Assembly (NCBI GenBank): GCA_963662945.1
Contig: OY759974.1
Coordinates: 2,016,001-2,080,000, forward strand
Direction of reading: 5' to 3'
DNA length: 64,000 bases
Origin: Arcobacteraceae bacterium
Lineage (GTDB): Bacteria > Campylobacterota > Campylobacteria > Campylobacterales > Arcobacteraceae
Below, piece after piece: positions 1 through 10,214 of this stretch (the stretch's first letter is position 1; every line of letters starts with the position of its first letter). The translations under genes and the position numbers were made by a program. A model generated the notes under the pieces. The model made no database searches, was not told the DNA's origin, and was given only the letters and a program-made list of their open reading frames with translations.

Positions 1-573
1 TTCCAAAGATTCAGGTCTAAAACATTCATTCCAATCTATATCAAGAATTTTCATTGTATCTTTATGAAATACTCCTTGGTAAGCCAAGTTATGGATTGTT
101 AATACAACTTTTTGGTTTAAATGATATTTCGTTTTAGCAAGAAGTGCTATAAGTGAAGTTTGCCAATCGTTTAAATGTATTACGTCAATTTCTAAATTCA
201 TTTGTAGCATTACTTCAAGACAAGCATAACTAAAAAGCCCAAATCTTAAGGCATTATCCCCAAAGTCACCAAAGTCATCAAAATATAATCCTGTTCTATC
301 ACATAAAATGGGATTATAAATAAACAGTTCATATTTATTCTTTTTATTAACAAAAATATCAAATTGATGAGTAATACCATCTAAGATATAATCAAATGTC
401 AAGTCGGCATATTCTATATGAAATTTTTCTCTATCTATTGTTTGGTATAAAGGAAGAAGTGTATAAACTTTTTCTTTTTTTCTTAAAGCTTCAGGTAAAC
501 TCTGTGCTACATCAGCAAGTCCACCTGTTTTAGCATACGGATACATTTCACTTGTACAAAATAATATTTTCAT
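1..573 (-). CDS. glgA: Glycogen synthase, N-terminal part (runs off the left edge)
   Basis: Not in ORF track. Manual translation from ATG at 573 gives MKILFCTSEMYPYAKTGGLADVA (GT5 KTGGL motif), with HLNDWQT and TIHNLAYQG later; AAGG RBS upstream. Confidence 0.93.
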   Translation of the reverse strand, partial: MKILFCTSEMYPYAKTGGLADVAQSLPEALRKKEKVYTLLPLYQTIDREKFHIEYADLTFDYILDGITHQFDIFVNKKNKYELFIYNPILCDRTGLYFDDFGDFGDNALRFGLFSYACLEVMLQMNLEIDVIHLNDWQTSLIALLAKTKYHLNQKVVLTIHNLAYQGVFHKDTMKILDIDWNECFRPESLE

Positions 574-587
574 TTTTTTCCTTTTTA

Positions 588-1562
588 TTAACTCTCTTTT
601 AAAATTTCTGCTGCTGTTTCAGGTAAAAAAGTATTTACCATTATATCTGTATCTAATTCAAATCCAGCAATCTTATATAAGCGTGGTAAAATTTCAATAT
701 GGAAACGGTTGGAGTTTTTTTTAGATTGAATATCTCCATTTTTAATAAGCATATTGAAATCAGGTCCACCCAAAGCATTATTTAGTTTTAGGAAGCAAAA
801 ATTAATAACTTCACTTAAAGAATAAATATCTACATCATTAAAGTCCAACAAAGATGTAAGATTTTTTTTAGCAACAATATTTATTTCAAAAGGATACCTT
901 GAAGCATAAGGGCAAAATGCTATAAAAGAACTATTTTCAAACAATAATCCTTTTTTAAAATTTTTTTCATCAGCAATAAAATCATCAAAAAAATCCCTCT
1001 CAGTATCAATTTTATATTTCTCATAAAATTGCAATGCTTTTTGTGTAGTTTTTGGGATGAAAGGTGTTGCAATAAGTTGTGAGTGTGAATGTTCCATTGT
1101 TGCACCGGCATTTTCGCCATGATTTTTAAATATTGAAAAATATTTGATTCGGACATCTTTTTTTAAATCTTTTAATCGTAACTGTATAATTGAAAAATAG
1201 TCGAAAAACTCATCAACAGTAAAATCAAACATTTGTTTTGTATGGTTAGGTGTTTCTATGATAACTTCATGAGCCCCAAAGCCACTTTTATTTTCAAAAC
1301 AGCCATTTTTGTAAGAGTTTGGTTCTACCTCTATAGAGAGTGCATGGTAAAGATTAGCCACAATTCTACATCTCCAATGCGTATCATCTCCAATTCTCAG
1401 TAGCTCATTTGGTGTTTTTTCCTCATTGCCTAATTCAAATGGACAACTTGTAATATCAGAAAGAGTTGTATTAAAAGAGTTGAAATTTGTTGGTCGTTTT
1501 GCACGATTGGGGGCAAAAAGTATCCAATGTTGTGTGAGTTTGTTATATCGAAATTCTGACAT
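588..1562 (-). CDS. GalT-family nucleotidyl transferase (HIT-like), possibly ADP-glucose phosphorylase type
   Basis: RAKRP, CPF, GFGAHEVIIE and FKNHGENAGATMEHSHSQ motifs; inside a glycogen gene cluster. Confidence 0.85.
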   Translation of the reverse strand: MSEFRYNKLTQHWILFAPNRAKRPTNFNSFNTTLSDITSCPFELGNEEKTPNELLRIGDDTHWRCRIVANLYHALSIEVEPNSYKNGCFENKSGFGAHEVIIETPNHTKQMFDFTVDEFFDYFSIIQLRLKDLKKDVRIKYFSIFKNHGENAGATMEHSHSQLIATPFIPKTTQKALQFYEKYKIDTERDFFDDFIADEKNFKKGLLFENSSFIAFCPYASRYPFEINIVAKKNLTSLLDFNDVDIYSLSEVINFCFLKLNNALGGPDFNMLIKNGDIQSKKNSNRFHIEILPRLYKIAGFELDTDIMVNTFLPETAAEILKES

Positions 1563-1573
1563 GCCTTACCTTA

Positions 1574-3658
1574 TTATATATACCAATTGTTTAAATCTAA
1601 ATCTTCTATCTCTATGGTGAAATTACCATATAAAGGGAATGATTGAAGAGTGAGATTGTTTTCTATTATAAAAAATTTAAAATCTATTCTTTGACCTATT
1701 ATAATATCTTTTTGTAAAATTTCTAATTCAATATTATCATGAACATTACAAGAAAATAGTGTAAAATCATTTTGTACTATATTTTGTTTATCTTTTTGTA
1801 TCTCTATATTAAATTCTACATTGTTGATAAGTATTTTTAAAATAGAGTTTTCTTTTAATTTATTAAAGTTTCCATCAAAAAAGATAAAAAGTCTTTTTTT
1901 AGAGTATCCATACCGAATATGTTTGACTATACTTTTTGTAGAATCCATCACTGAGAATTCTTTTTTTATGTCAATAATACCAGAATTTAACCACTCAAAA
2001 TAATCACTTTTAACTCCATCAATTTTTGGATATATAAAGTTTATAGGTTTTGTATGAAAACTATTTTTTAGCTGTGTTTGTACGATAGGAGTTAATATTT
2101 TGTGTGGTATATCAGCTTGCATATATTGAAAAATATTGATTAGGTGTTTTCTAAAAAGTTCGTCAAACTCTTTTGCTTGGAGTGTAAAATGATCATCTCC
2201 ATACCACCAAAACCAATCACTTCCAAGTGCAATCATAAACTCTTTTTCAATTAATTCAAGAGTTTGACTATCTAAATGCTCTTTTCTTTTATCAAATTCT
2301 TTTTTTGTTAAATCTAGAAGTTCCCAAGCTTGATTTTTTTCACAACTTCCTATCCAAATATCAAAGTTTCCATTTATCCAACTTCCAGTTGCTAATTGAG
2401 AAATACTAATGGTTTGAATTTCACTATCATTTGTTATTTCATCCATTGTGACTGTTTGTAACCAAGGTGTATTTTCAAAAAGAGTATAGAGTTCTTTAAA
2501 AAACTCCCAACCATTATTTGGAAAAAACTCCCATGCATTTTCCCCGTCTAATATAACATTAACAAGTGGTGAAAAATCACAATTATCATAAATATTTTTT
2601 AAATGTTTTACAAACTCAGCAGCTGCAGCTTTTGCATCTTTTTGACTATAATCAAAACCTATTGCATCACTTAAATGGTGATCTCTAAATCGTACTTGAA
2701 TAGTACCATTTTCTGTATATAAGTTATAGTTTTTATAGATATTAAGTTTTGTATTATTTTTGAGTGTTTTAAATAAGATTTCTTCATCTGTACAGAACCA
2801 CTGTAAATGATTTTGTGCAAAGAGTTCTGCTGTTTTAAAACTAACACTTCCTTCAGCTGGCCAAAATCCTGAAGGTTTTTTTCCAAATAGTTTTTCAAAA
2901 TATGCAATAGCATATTGTGTATTCTTTTCTCCAAATGTATGAAAATCTGTAGTAATATTTGGTAATGTCACACTTGGTTTTGCCTCTAAGGCACTCTGTG
3001 TATCAAGAAGTAGTGGTGTTATAGGATGATAATATGGAGTGGTACAAAGTGTAATTTTCTTTTCTTGATCAAGTTTTTTATAAAAGTCCAAAATAGTAGG
3101 TAAAAATAGAATAAGTTCCTCTATAAGGTTTTGTTTATCTTCTTGTGTAAAATATTGTCCTTTTTGTAAAAGTGTACTAACAATTTTATTGTTTTGGCGT
3201 AAATAATTACCACACCAAGAAAGGAGAAATAATACCTCTAAATCTAATAATTCATTGCTTGAAAAATCTAATATTGTATTATGTGTGTTGAATCTTAAAT
3301 AAAGTTCATAATATCTTTTTAAAGGTTTAATCATATTTTTTTCATTTGCTAAAAAAAGATAACTTTGAAGAAATTCTATATCATTTTTTGATAGATTATC
3401 AATATTTATTTTGAGTGTTTCAATGAGTTTATCATTTGCAGTATTATGAATATAAGATTCAATTTGAGATATTAAAGAGGGTACAAGGTTGTAAGTGGCT
3501 TTGATACTACTAAATTTTGAACCATACCATGGAATATCATAATAATCTTTAATAGCGTGCAAAAACACCCAAGGCATAAGAGTTTCATTCTCTTTATCAT
3601 CCTTGTAGTATGGTTGATGCATATGCCATAAAAAGGCAAGTTTTAGTGTTTTATTCAC
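1574..3658 (-). CDS. Glycoside hydrolase family 57, amylopullulanase-like
   Basis: WHMHQPYY, GFWPAEG (nucleophile Glu), LDGENAWE (acid/base Asp), GSDWFWW. Confidence 0.9.
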   Translation of the reverse strand: MNKTLKLAFLWHMHQPYYKDDKENETLMPWVFLHAIKDYYDIPWYGSKFSSIKATYNLVPSLISQIESYIHNTANDKLIETLKINIDNLSKNDIEFLQSYLFLANEKNMIKPLKRYYELYLRFNTHNTILDFSSNELLDLEVLFLLSWCGNYLRQNNKIVSTLLQKGQYFTQEDKQNLIEELILFLPTILDFYKKLDQEKKITLCTTPYYHPITPLLLDTQSALEAKPSVTLPNITTDFHTFGEKNTQYAIAYFEKLFGKKPSGFWPAEGSVSFKTAELFAQNHLQWFCTDEEILFKTLKNNTKLNIYKNYNLYTENGTIQVRFRDHHLSDAIGFDYSQKDAKAAAAEFVKHLKNIYDNCDFSPLVNVILDGENAWEFFPNNGWEFFKELYTLFENTPWLQTVTMDEITNDSEIQTISISQLATGSWINGNFDIWIGSCEKNQAWELLDLTKKEFDKRKEHLDSQTLELIEKEFMIALGSDWFWWYGDDHFTLQAKEFDELFRKHLINIFQYMQADIPHKILTPIVQTQLKNSFHTKPINFIYPKIDGVKSDYFEWLNSGIIDIKKEFSVMDSTKSIVKHIRYGYSKKRLFIFFDGNFNKLKENSILKILINNVEFNIEIQKDKQNIVQNDFTLFSCNVHDNIELEILQKDIIIGQRIDFKFFIIENNLTLQSFPLYGNFTIEIEDLDLNNWYI

Positions 3659-6143
3659 TGATCCAGTTCTCTATCTTTTCTTGATATTTCCAAAATATTT
3701 TACTAGCATTTTTTTCATCATCTGCTTGAATATAAATATTTAAAAAGTCATTATGTTCATCTGGAACCATTAAAATCCACTCATCATCACTAATCCATAT
3801 TTTTACACCATCCACAGAACTTGTTTTTTTATTTTTCCCATCTTCTAGGAATTTTCTCATCATTTTGCCTTTAAATTCACTAGGACAAGCTACGTTTTCA
3901 CCTTTATATGTAAAATATGGAATATGAGCGATAATATTTGAAAGAGTTTTTCCAGATTTTAGAAGAAGTTCTAATATTTTGAAACTTGAAAATACTGCAT
4001 CACGATTAAGACCAAATTCACTAAATGCAAAATGCCCATCTGTAGTTGCAATAAGAGTATATTCTTTTAAATCAGCGGCTTTGAGATTATTGAGTTTTCC
4101 TCTTGTAATATCTAAATTTTTATATTCAATACAATCAGGTGCCCAAGCAGGTAAAAATACTTTTACTTTTGTATCTGTTGTAATATCTAAAAGGTGTAAA
4201 ACAACTAAGAGTGCGATATAGTCATAAACTAATTCACCCTCATCATCAATAATTTGAAACTTTTGTCCATTTGGATAGATTAGAAAACCACAATCTAAAT
4301 TCATGGCTTTTACCATATTTCCCATATCTTTTTGTGATTTTACTACATTTGCAGCAATTTTTGATAAACTTTTATCATCATGGTATCCATTGAGTAATAT
4401 GTTTTCTACTCCAAGATGATTCATGATTTTTGGATAGATATCTGCAGTTGAACCAAACATCATATCTGTTGCAATTTTAAGATTATTATTTTTAAAAATA
4501 TTATGATTGAGTTTTTGAATTACTGCATCCATATATCTATTTTTAATATTCTTTTTATTTGAGATTTCACCAATTTCGGTATAAGTTACACGTCTGAAAT
4601 TTTCTCTAAAAAATATTCTTTCAATTGATTTTGCAAGTTTTGAATCAATTGCTAATCCTTCACTTGTATATAATACAATTTCTGTATTTGCAGGGTCTTC
4701 AACTGATTGTCTAAAGTGTATACCAGCAGCTATATGTTCATCATTTGCCAAACTATGTCTCATAACGTTGGATGGAACACTTTCAATATCAATAACATTT
4801 ATACCAGTAGAAAGGATTCCTGATAGAAATGCTCGTTTTAACATTCGTGAGCTTTTATGATAATCTCTTGAAATATATACTTTACTTCCTACAGGTAAAA
4901 TAGACCCAAAAGATTCTGCAAGTTTCACACTTACATCACATGAAAGTTCTATATTAGTTCTTCCAATTACTTTTCCATCTTCAAAAATAGATGATTTATA
5001 TTTATTTCCCCAAATGACATTGTTACTTACTACAGAGTTAGCATCAATAATTTTATCAGGCCACATCATAATATCTTTTTCGAAACTAGCTTTTTTCCCT
5101 ATTTCACAATGTTCAGCTATTATAACACCAAAATTTGCTTTTACTTCATCTTTAATAATATTGTCATTACAAATAACGCTATTGTGAATAAGTGCTTTTT
5201 GACCTACAGAGATATTGTCCCAAAGTACACTATTTGATACTTCAGAGTGTTTTCTGATTTTTACATTAGAACCTATAGATACATTGCTAAGAGTTACACC
5301 TTCAGCTACTTTTGTATCTTTTCCAATGATAACTGTACCATTGATTCTTATTTTTTCAGGAAGAGATACTCCTTCTTCTAAATAAGCAATTCCTTTTTCA
5401 AAAGTTACTTTTTCCCCTTTATATGGAAGAGTGATTAAGCCTTTGAAAATATCATCATATACTTCTCTATAACTTTGTGGATTTCCAACATCTCTCCAAT
5501 AGCCTTCAGAACTATAACCCCATAACGGAATATCATTTGACATTAAAGTAGGAAATAAATCTTTAGCAAAGTCAAAATTTTCACCATGTGGTATATATTT
5601 TAAAATTTCAGGTTCAATCATATAAATACCTGTATTAATAGTATCACTAAATACTTCACCCCAACTAGGTTTCTCTAAGAATTTTTCAATTCTATTCTCT
5701 TGAGAAGCAATAACAACACCAAATTGAAGTGGATTCTCTACACTAGTTAGTGTAATAGTTAATTGAGATTTTTTCTTTTCATGAAATTTTTTAATCTTTT
5801 TAAAATCAAAATCAGTAACTAAATCACCACTTACAATAATAAAAGTTTCATCAAGAAAATCTCTTGCAAAAGCAACAGCACCAGCAGTTCCATAATCATC
5901 ATCAGGTTGAACATAAGTGATTTTTACTCCAAAATTACTTCCATCACCAAAATGCTCTTTAATAATTTCCGGTTTAAAATAAAGGAGTACAGCCATCTCT
6001 TTAATATCAAGTTCATCACGAAGTTTGATAATAATATGTTCCATCATTGGTCGATTTAATATTGGCAACATTGGCTTTGGTAAAGAGTTTGTTAAGGGTT
6101 GAATTCTTGTACCAAATCCACCTGCTAAGATTATCGCTTTCAT
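3651..6143 (-). CDS. Sugar-1-phosphate nucleotidyltransferase + beta-helix + degenerate phosphohexomutase fusion
   Basis: ILAGGFGTRIQPLT..PKP, GTAGA, FLEKP, YWRDVG; hexapeptide repeats; C-terminal PGM/PMM-like region lacking ASHNP and DxDxD motifs. Confidence 0.88.
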   Translation of the reverse strand: MKAIILAGGFGTRIQPLTNSLPKPMLPILNRPMMEHIIIKLRDELDIKEMAVLLYFKPEIIKEHFGDGSNFGVKITYVQPDDDYGTAGAVAFARDFLDETFIIVSGDLVTDFDFKKIKKFHEKKKSQLTITLTSVENPLQFGVVIASQENRIEKFLEKPSWGEVFSDTINTGIYMIEPEILKYIPHGENFDFAKDLFPTLMSNDIPLWGYSSEGYWRDVGNPQSYREVYDDIFKGLITLPYKGEKVTFEKGIAYLEEGVSLPEKIRINGTVIIGKDTKVAEGVTLSNVSIGSNVKIRKHSEVSNSVLWDNISVGQKALIHNSVICNDNIIKDEVKANFGVIIAEHCEIGKKASFEKDIMMWPDKIIDANSVVSNNVIWGNKYKSSIFEDGKVIGRTNIELSCDVSVKLAESFGSILPVGSKVYISRDYHKSSRMLKRAFLSGILSTGINVIDIESVPSNVMRHSLANDEHIAAGIHFRQSVEDPANTEIVLYTSEGLAIDSKLAKSIERIFFRENFRRVTYTEIGEISNKKNIKNRYMDAVIQKLNHNIFKNNNLKIATDMMFGSTADIYPKIMNHLGVENILLNGYHDDKSLSKIAANVVKSQKDMGNMVKAMNLDCGFLIYPNGQKFQIIDDEGELVYDYIALLVVLHLLDITTDTKVKVFLPAWAPDCIEYKNLDITRGKLNNLKAADLKEYTLIATTDGHFAFSEFGLNRDAVFSSFKILELLLKSGKTLSNIIAHIPYFTYKGENVACPSEFKGKMMRKFLEDGKNKKTSSVDGVKIWISDDEWILMVPDEHNDFLNIYIQADDEKNASKIFWKYQEKIENWISE

Positions 6144-6202
6144 TGTATCTCCTGTTTCTTTAATCTATATAGTTATTATATTCTTTTTTTCGTAACAAAT
6201 TG

Positions 6203-8011
6203 TTAATCCACTTTCCATGCTTTACAGATACTAAATAACTGTCTATTCTTTTGAAAAAGTGTATGCATTTGTCTAAGAATATTTTTAATTATAATGACTG
6301 TATCTGTTACATAAGGGCCTTTATTGAGCATAACACAATCTGCTCTTTGAGCAATAGCTGCATCTGTAACTTCTGCACGACTTGGAAGATTGTTTTTCAT
6401 TTTTCCCTCAAGAATTTGTGTAGCGTATATAACTGGTGTATGAGAAGCTTCACAAATATTTAAAATCTCCTCTTGTATATAAGGAAGATTATCAAAACCA
6501 ACTTCAATAGCTAAATCACCTCTTGCAATCATAAGTGCATGATTTGGCCATTCTAGAAGTGTTTCAAGGATTAAAGGAAGATTTTTCAATGCAGTTTTTG
6601 TCTCAATTTTTGGAGCTATTGCTATGTGTTCTTTATTTTTAAGTTTTAACATATTTTGTAGCTTTTTTATATCTTCTGGTGTTTGTGCAAAAGATAAACC
6701 AATAATATCTGCAAACTCAACAATATCTTCAAATATTTTTTCATCTTCAGGAGTTATTGCATCAATTTTTAAATCAGTGCTTGGAAAGTTAATTCCTTTT
6801 TCTTCTTTTAAAGATGTTCCATTTTCTTTTGCTAAGAAAATATCACATACCAAACCAATTTCATTGATATGAGATACTTTACAACCAATCTTTCCATCAT
6901 CTATAAAAATATCATCACCGATATTTACGTAAGGAAAAATCTCTTTATTGGAACATCCTATAACTGCATTATAAGTGATGTTTTCATAGGAGTAATCACT
7001 ACAACCAATAATATCTTGATGTGTAATAATGATTTGATTTCCTTTATAAAGTTTTATATCTTCTGGCAGTTTTTCAATATTATAAAGGCAACTGATATAT
7101 TTATGATTTTCATCTTTTATCTCAATAGTTGTATTTTCAAAGATAGTGATTTTTTTATTTGCATTTAGAAAAATTCTATCATTTTCTTTGATTAATTCAT
7201 AACATTGTCTAGCATCTCTTTCAAAATCATCAATTTTAACTTTTGTACTTGTTTTACATATTTGAAAAAAATCATGACTTACTACAAGTGTAGCTTGAAC
7301 TGAATTTGTATTACTTTTTTCAAGTTTTTTTGTAGCTACATCTGGTGTAGAAATAGGAATTAACTCTACAAGTTTTGGGTTTCTCCATGAACCAATTTTA
7401 AAAGGTGTAAAAACTTTTTGGATAGTTTGTGTTCTATTTTTGGGACCAGCTAAATCAACATATATTTTTGTTTCTTTATTTTGTTTTCCATTTTCTTCTT
7501 TAATAAAAGAAGCCATTCTATTCCAAGCAGCCGCATTATCGTGTGCTGTATTGATTCTAAAAACAGAAGTTCCATTTGCAATGAGTTCCCCTATTAGTTT
7601 TGGCGATTCCTGAGCTTCACTTGGAAGGGTTACCATAACTTTTGTTTTAAAACTTAAATCAGATTTTCCAAATACTTCACTATTTTTTAACATAATGTTT
7701 TTAGCATCATCATAATTTAATGCATCTAAATCATTTTGTGTTTGTTTATAGGGCTTATGTAATAGTTTTGATAATATAAGGATATCTTGATTAATAGAGT
7801 TTATAACACAACTTTGAGCTCTTCCTAAAGAAGATAATCCTAGATTTGTAAGATGATTTTGTAATTCTCGTAAATCAAGTGAACGTAATTTTATGTACGC
7901 TTGAAGGTTTTGTATACTTTGATTTGGATTATTTTGATCCACATTAGATAAAATCTCTTCTTTAAGTTCTAATAGTTGTGAGTAGGTTGTTTCTATTATT
8001 TTAGATTCCAT
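6203..8011 (-). CDS. pyk: Pyruvate kinase, atypical long form (N-terminal extension, large insert, no C-terminal domain)
   Basis: RINTAHD, DLAGPK, KGIN, KIET, IARGDLAIE, ATQILE, PSRAEVTD, CVMLNKG; N-terminal GLSSLGR block. Confidence 0.88.
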   Translation of the reverse strand: MESKIIETTYSQLLELKEEILSNVDQNNPNQSIQNLQAYIKLRSLDLRELQNHLTNLGLSSLGRAQSCVINSINQDILILSKLLHKPYKQTQNDLDALNYDDAKNIMLKNSEVFGKSDLSFKTKVMVTLPSEAQESPKLIGELIANGTSVFRINTAHDNAAAWNRMASFIKEENGKQNKETKIYVDLAGPKNRTQTIQKVFTPFKIGSWRNPKLVELIPISTPDVATKKLEKSNTNSVQATLVVSHDFFQICKTSTKVKIDDFERDARQCYELIKENDRIFLNANKKITIFENTTIEIKDENHKYISCLYNIEKLPEDIKLYKGNQIIITHQDIIGCSDYSYENITYNAVIGCSNKEIFPYVNIGDDIFIDDGKIGCKVSHINEIGLVCDIFLAKENGTSLKEEKGINFPSTDLKIDAITPEDEKIFEDIVEFADIIGLSFAQTPEDIKKLQNMLKLKNKEHIAIAPKIETKTALKNLPLILETLLEWPNHALMIARGDLAIEVGFDNLPYIQEEILNICEASHTPVIYATQILEGKMKNNLPSRAEVTDAAIAQRADCVMLNKGPYVTDTVIIIKNILRQMHTLFQKNRQLFSICKAWKVD

Positions 8012-8024
8012 AAGCTTTTTTATC

Positions 8025-8990
8025 CTATTTTGTCATATCTTCTGCCATCTCTAACAAACTTTGTTTAATGGCATATTTACTACTATTAACATAATCAATA
8101 GTTACAAATTCAAATTTTCCATCTTTATGGACTATTACTAATCCCTCTTTGCAGTTTTCATTTATAAGTTTATCTACAGCATAAGTTACAAACTCAACCG
8201 CCATAAGTCTATCATATACCGTTGGATTTCCACCTCTTTGTATATGTCCTAAAATTGTAGCACGAGTTTCAATACCTACTTCGTGTTCTAGCCACGCTAC
8301 AAGTTCTTGAGTTTTTTTTGTTCCTTCTGCTACAACTGTTACAATATATTTTCTCCCTAAAGCAATTTGATTTTTGAGTTTTTTTGCAAGAGAGTCTAAA
8401 TCTGTTTCAAGTTCTGGTATAACACACACTTCAGCTCCACAAGTTATAGCAGAAATAAGTGCCAAATAACCACAATCTCGTCCCATAGTTTCAATAACAC
8501 AACCTCTTTTAAAAGAAGCAGAGGTATCTCTTATAGCATCAGTTGCACCTCTTATGATATTTAAAGCTGTATCAACACCCAGACAATAATCTGTACCAAA
8601 GATATCATTATCAATAGTAGAAGGTATCCCTACAAAAGTAACTCCAAAATCTTTATAAAACTGATTTAATGCTCGAAATGAACCATCGCCACCTAAGATG
8701 ATAAGTTTATCTACACCGTGCGACTGCAAATTTTCAAATGCTTGTTTACGATACTCATACTCAAAAAATCTTTTTGAACGAGAAGAACGTAACATTGTTC
8801 CACCCTCATGCATAATACCAGCTACATCTTCATGAGTTGCAGCTTTGATATTTCCATCAATTAAACCCTCTAACCCATCGTAAATGATATAAGGTTGAAT
8901 ATTGTTATTAAAACAATGATCAACAAAATGTTTTATAGCAGGATTCATCCCTGCACAATCTCCACCAGACGTTAATATAGCTATTGACAT
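8025..8990 (-). CDS. pfkA: ATP-dependent 6-phosphofructokinase
   Basis: TSGGDCAGMN, GGDGS, PSTIDND, ETMGR, LGHIQRGG. Confidence 0.95.
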   Translation of the reverse strand: MSIAILTSGGDCAGMNPAIKHFVDHCFNNNIQPYIIYDGLEGLIDGNIKAATHEDVAGIMHEGGTMLRSSRSKRFFEYEYRKQAFENLQSHGVDKLIILGGDGSFRALNQFYKDFGVTFVGIPSTIDNDIFGTDYCLGVDTALNIIRGATDAIRDTSASFKRGCVIETMGRDCGYLALISAITCGAEVCVIPELETDLDSLAKKLKNQIALGRKYIVTVVAEGTKKTQELVAWLEHEVGIETRATILGHIQRGGNPTVYDRLMAVEFVTYAVDKLINENCKEGLVIVHKDGKFEFVTIDYVNSSKYAIKQSLLEMAEDMTK

Positions 8991-9030
8991 ATTTTTGAAC
9001 CTTTATATAATATTTTAAAATCTTATAATT

Positions 9031-9058
9031 GTAGCTTGTAGTATAACATACAAGCTAC
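9031..9058 (-). other. Intergenic hairpin between gap and pfkA (stabiliser or weak terminator)
   Basis: GTAGCTTGTA-N8-TACAAGCTAC perfect 10-bp stem; no U-tract on the minus strand. Confidence 0.55.
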
Positions 9059-9073
9059 CATATTTTTCTAATA

Positions 9074-10069
9074 TTATTTTGTTCCTACAAATTTAACCAT
9101 ATCAACAAGTCTTGAACTATATCCCCACTCATTATCATACCAAGCAAGTACTTTTACAGTTTTCCCATCAACTACACTTGTCATATCAGGAACAAATGTT
9201 GAGCTGTAAGTACTTCCTATAAAGTCACTTGAAACTCTTTTATCATTATCAACTTCTATTAAACCTTTAAAAGTATTTTCACTAGCTTTTTGAATAGCTT
9301 CATTGATAGTTTCTTTTGTTACCTCTTTTGTTAGATTTACAGTTAAATCTACTACTGAAACATCAGCAGTTGGAACTCTCATAGCATAACCATTTAGTTT
9401 TCCTTGAAGATTTGGCATAACAAGACCAATAGCTTTTGCTGCACCAGTTGTTGTTGGTATCATATTAATTGCAGCTGCTCTAGCTCTTCTTTTATCTGAT
9501 TTATGTTTTACATCTAAAATATTTTGGTCATTTGTATATGAGTGAATAGTTGTCATCAGACCATTTATAATTCCAAACTCTTCATCTAATACTTTACAAA
9601 TTGGAGCTAAACAGTTTGTAGTACAAGATGCATTTGAAATAATCTCTTCACCTTTATATGAATCTGTGTTGATATTTAATACATAAGTAGGAGTATCATC
9701 TTTTGCAGGGGCAGACATAACGACTTTCTCAACACCATCTTTTAAGTATGCTTTACATTTTTCTGTTGTTAAAAATGCTCCTGTACACTCTATAACAACT
9801 TTAGCACCACAAGCACCAAAAGCTAAATCTTCAGGATTTCTTGAAGAGAATATTTTCACATCTTTTCCATTGATTTTCATTGTAGTATCATTAATGATTT
9901 GAGCATCAACACCTTTATGTACTGAATCATATTTTAATAAATATTGTAACATATCCATATCAGCTGTTGTATTAAGTGCTACTAATTCTAAATCATCTCT
10001 TTGAGTAACTATTTTTGTTACTATTAGACCTATTCTTCCTGTTCCATTGATTGCTACTTTTAATGCCAT
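9074..10069 (-). CDS. gap: Type I glyceraldehyde-3-phosphate dehydrogenase
   Basis: INGTGRIG, ISNASCTTNCL, RVPT, WYDNEWGYS. Confidence 0.97.
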   Translation of the reverse strand: MALKVAINGTGRIGLIVTKIVTQRDDLELVALNTTADMDMLQYLLKYDSVHKGVDAQIINDTTMKINGKDVKIFSSRNPEDLAFGACGAKVVIECTGAFLTTEKCKAYLKDGVEKVVMSAPAKDDTPTYVLNINTDSYKGEEIISNASCTTNCLAPICKVLDEEFGIINGLMTTIHSYTNDQNILDVKHKSDKRRARAAAINMIPTTTGAAKAIGLVMPNLQGKLNGYAMRVPTADVSVVDLTVNLTKEVTKETINEAIQKASENTFKGLIEVDNDKRVSSDFIGSTYSSTFVPDMTSVVDGKTVKVLAWYDNEWGYSSRLVDMVKFVGTK

Positions 10070-10119
10070 TGTTTGTCCTTATAAAATTTATTTGAAGATT
10101 GTAGAACAGTTTTATTTCT

Positions 10120-10162
10120 ATTTGATTACATATTCTACACATTACTTATCATGTAATCAAAT
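10120..10162. promoter_or_regulatory. Inverted repeat in the gap/fba divergent promoter, candidate operator
   Basis: ATTTGATTACAT-N19-ATGTAATCAAAT, perfect 12-bp arms. Confidence 0.5.
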
Positions 10163-10214
10163 TGTATCTTGAAATACCTATACTTTTGTATAAACATTAT
10201 AAAGGTGAGATTGT

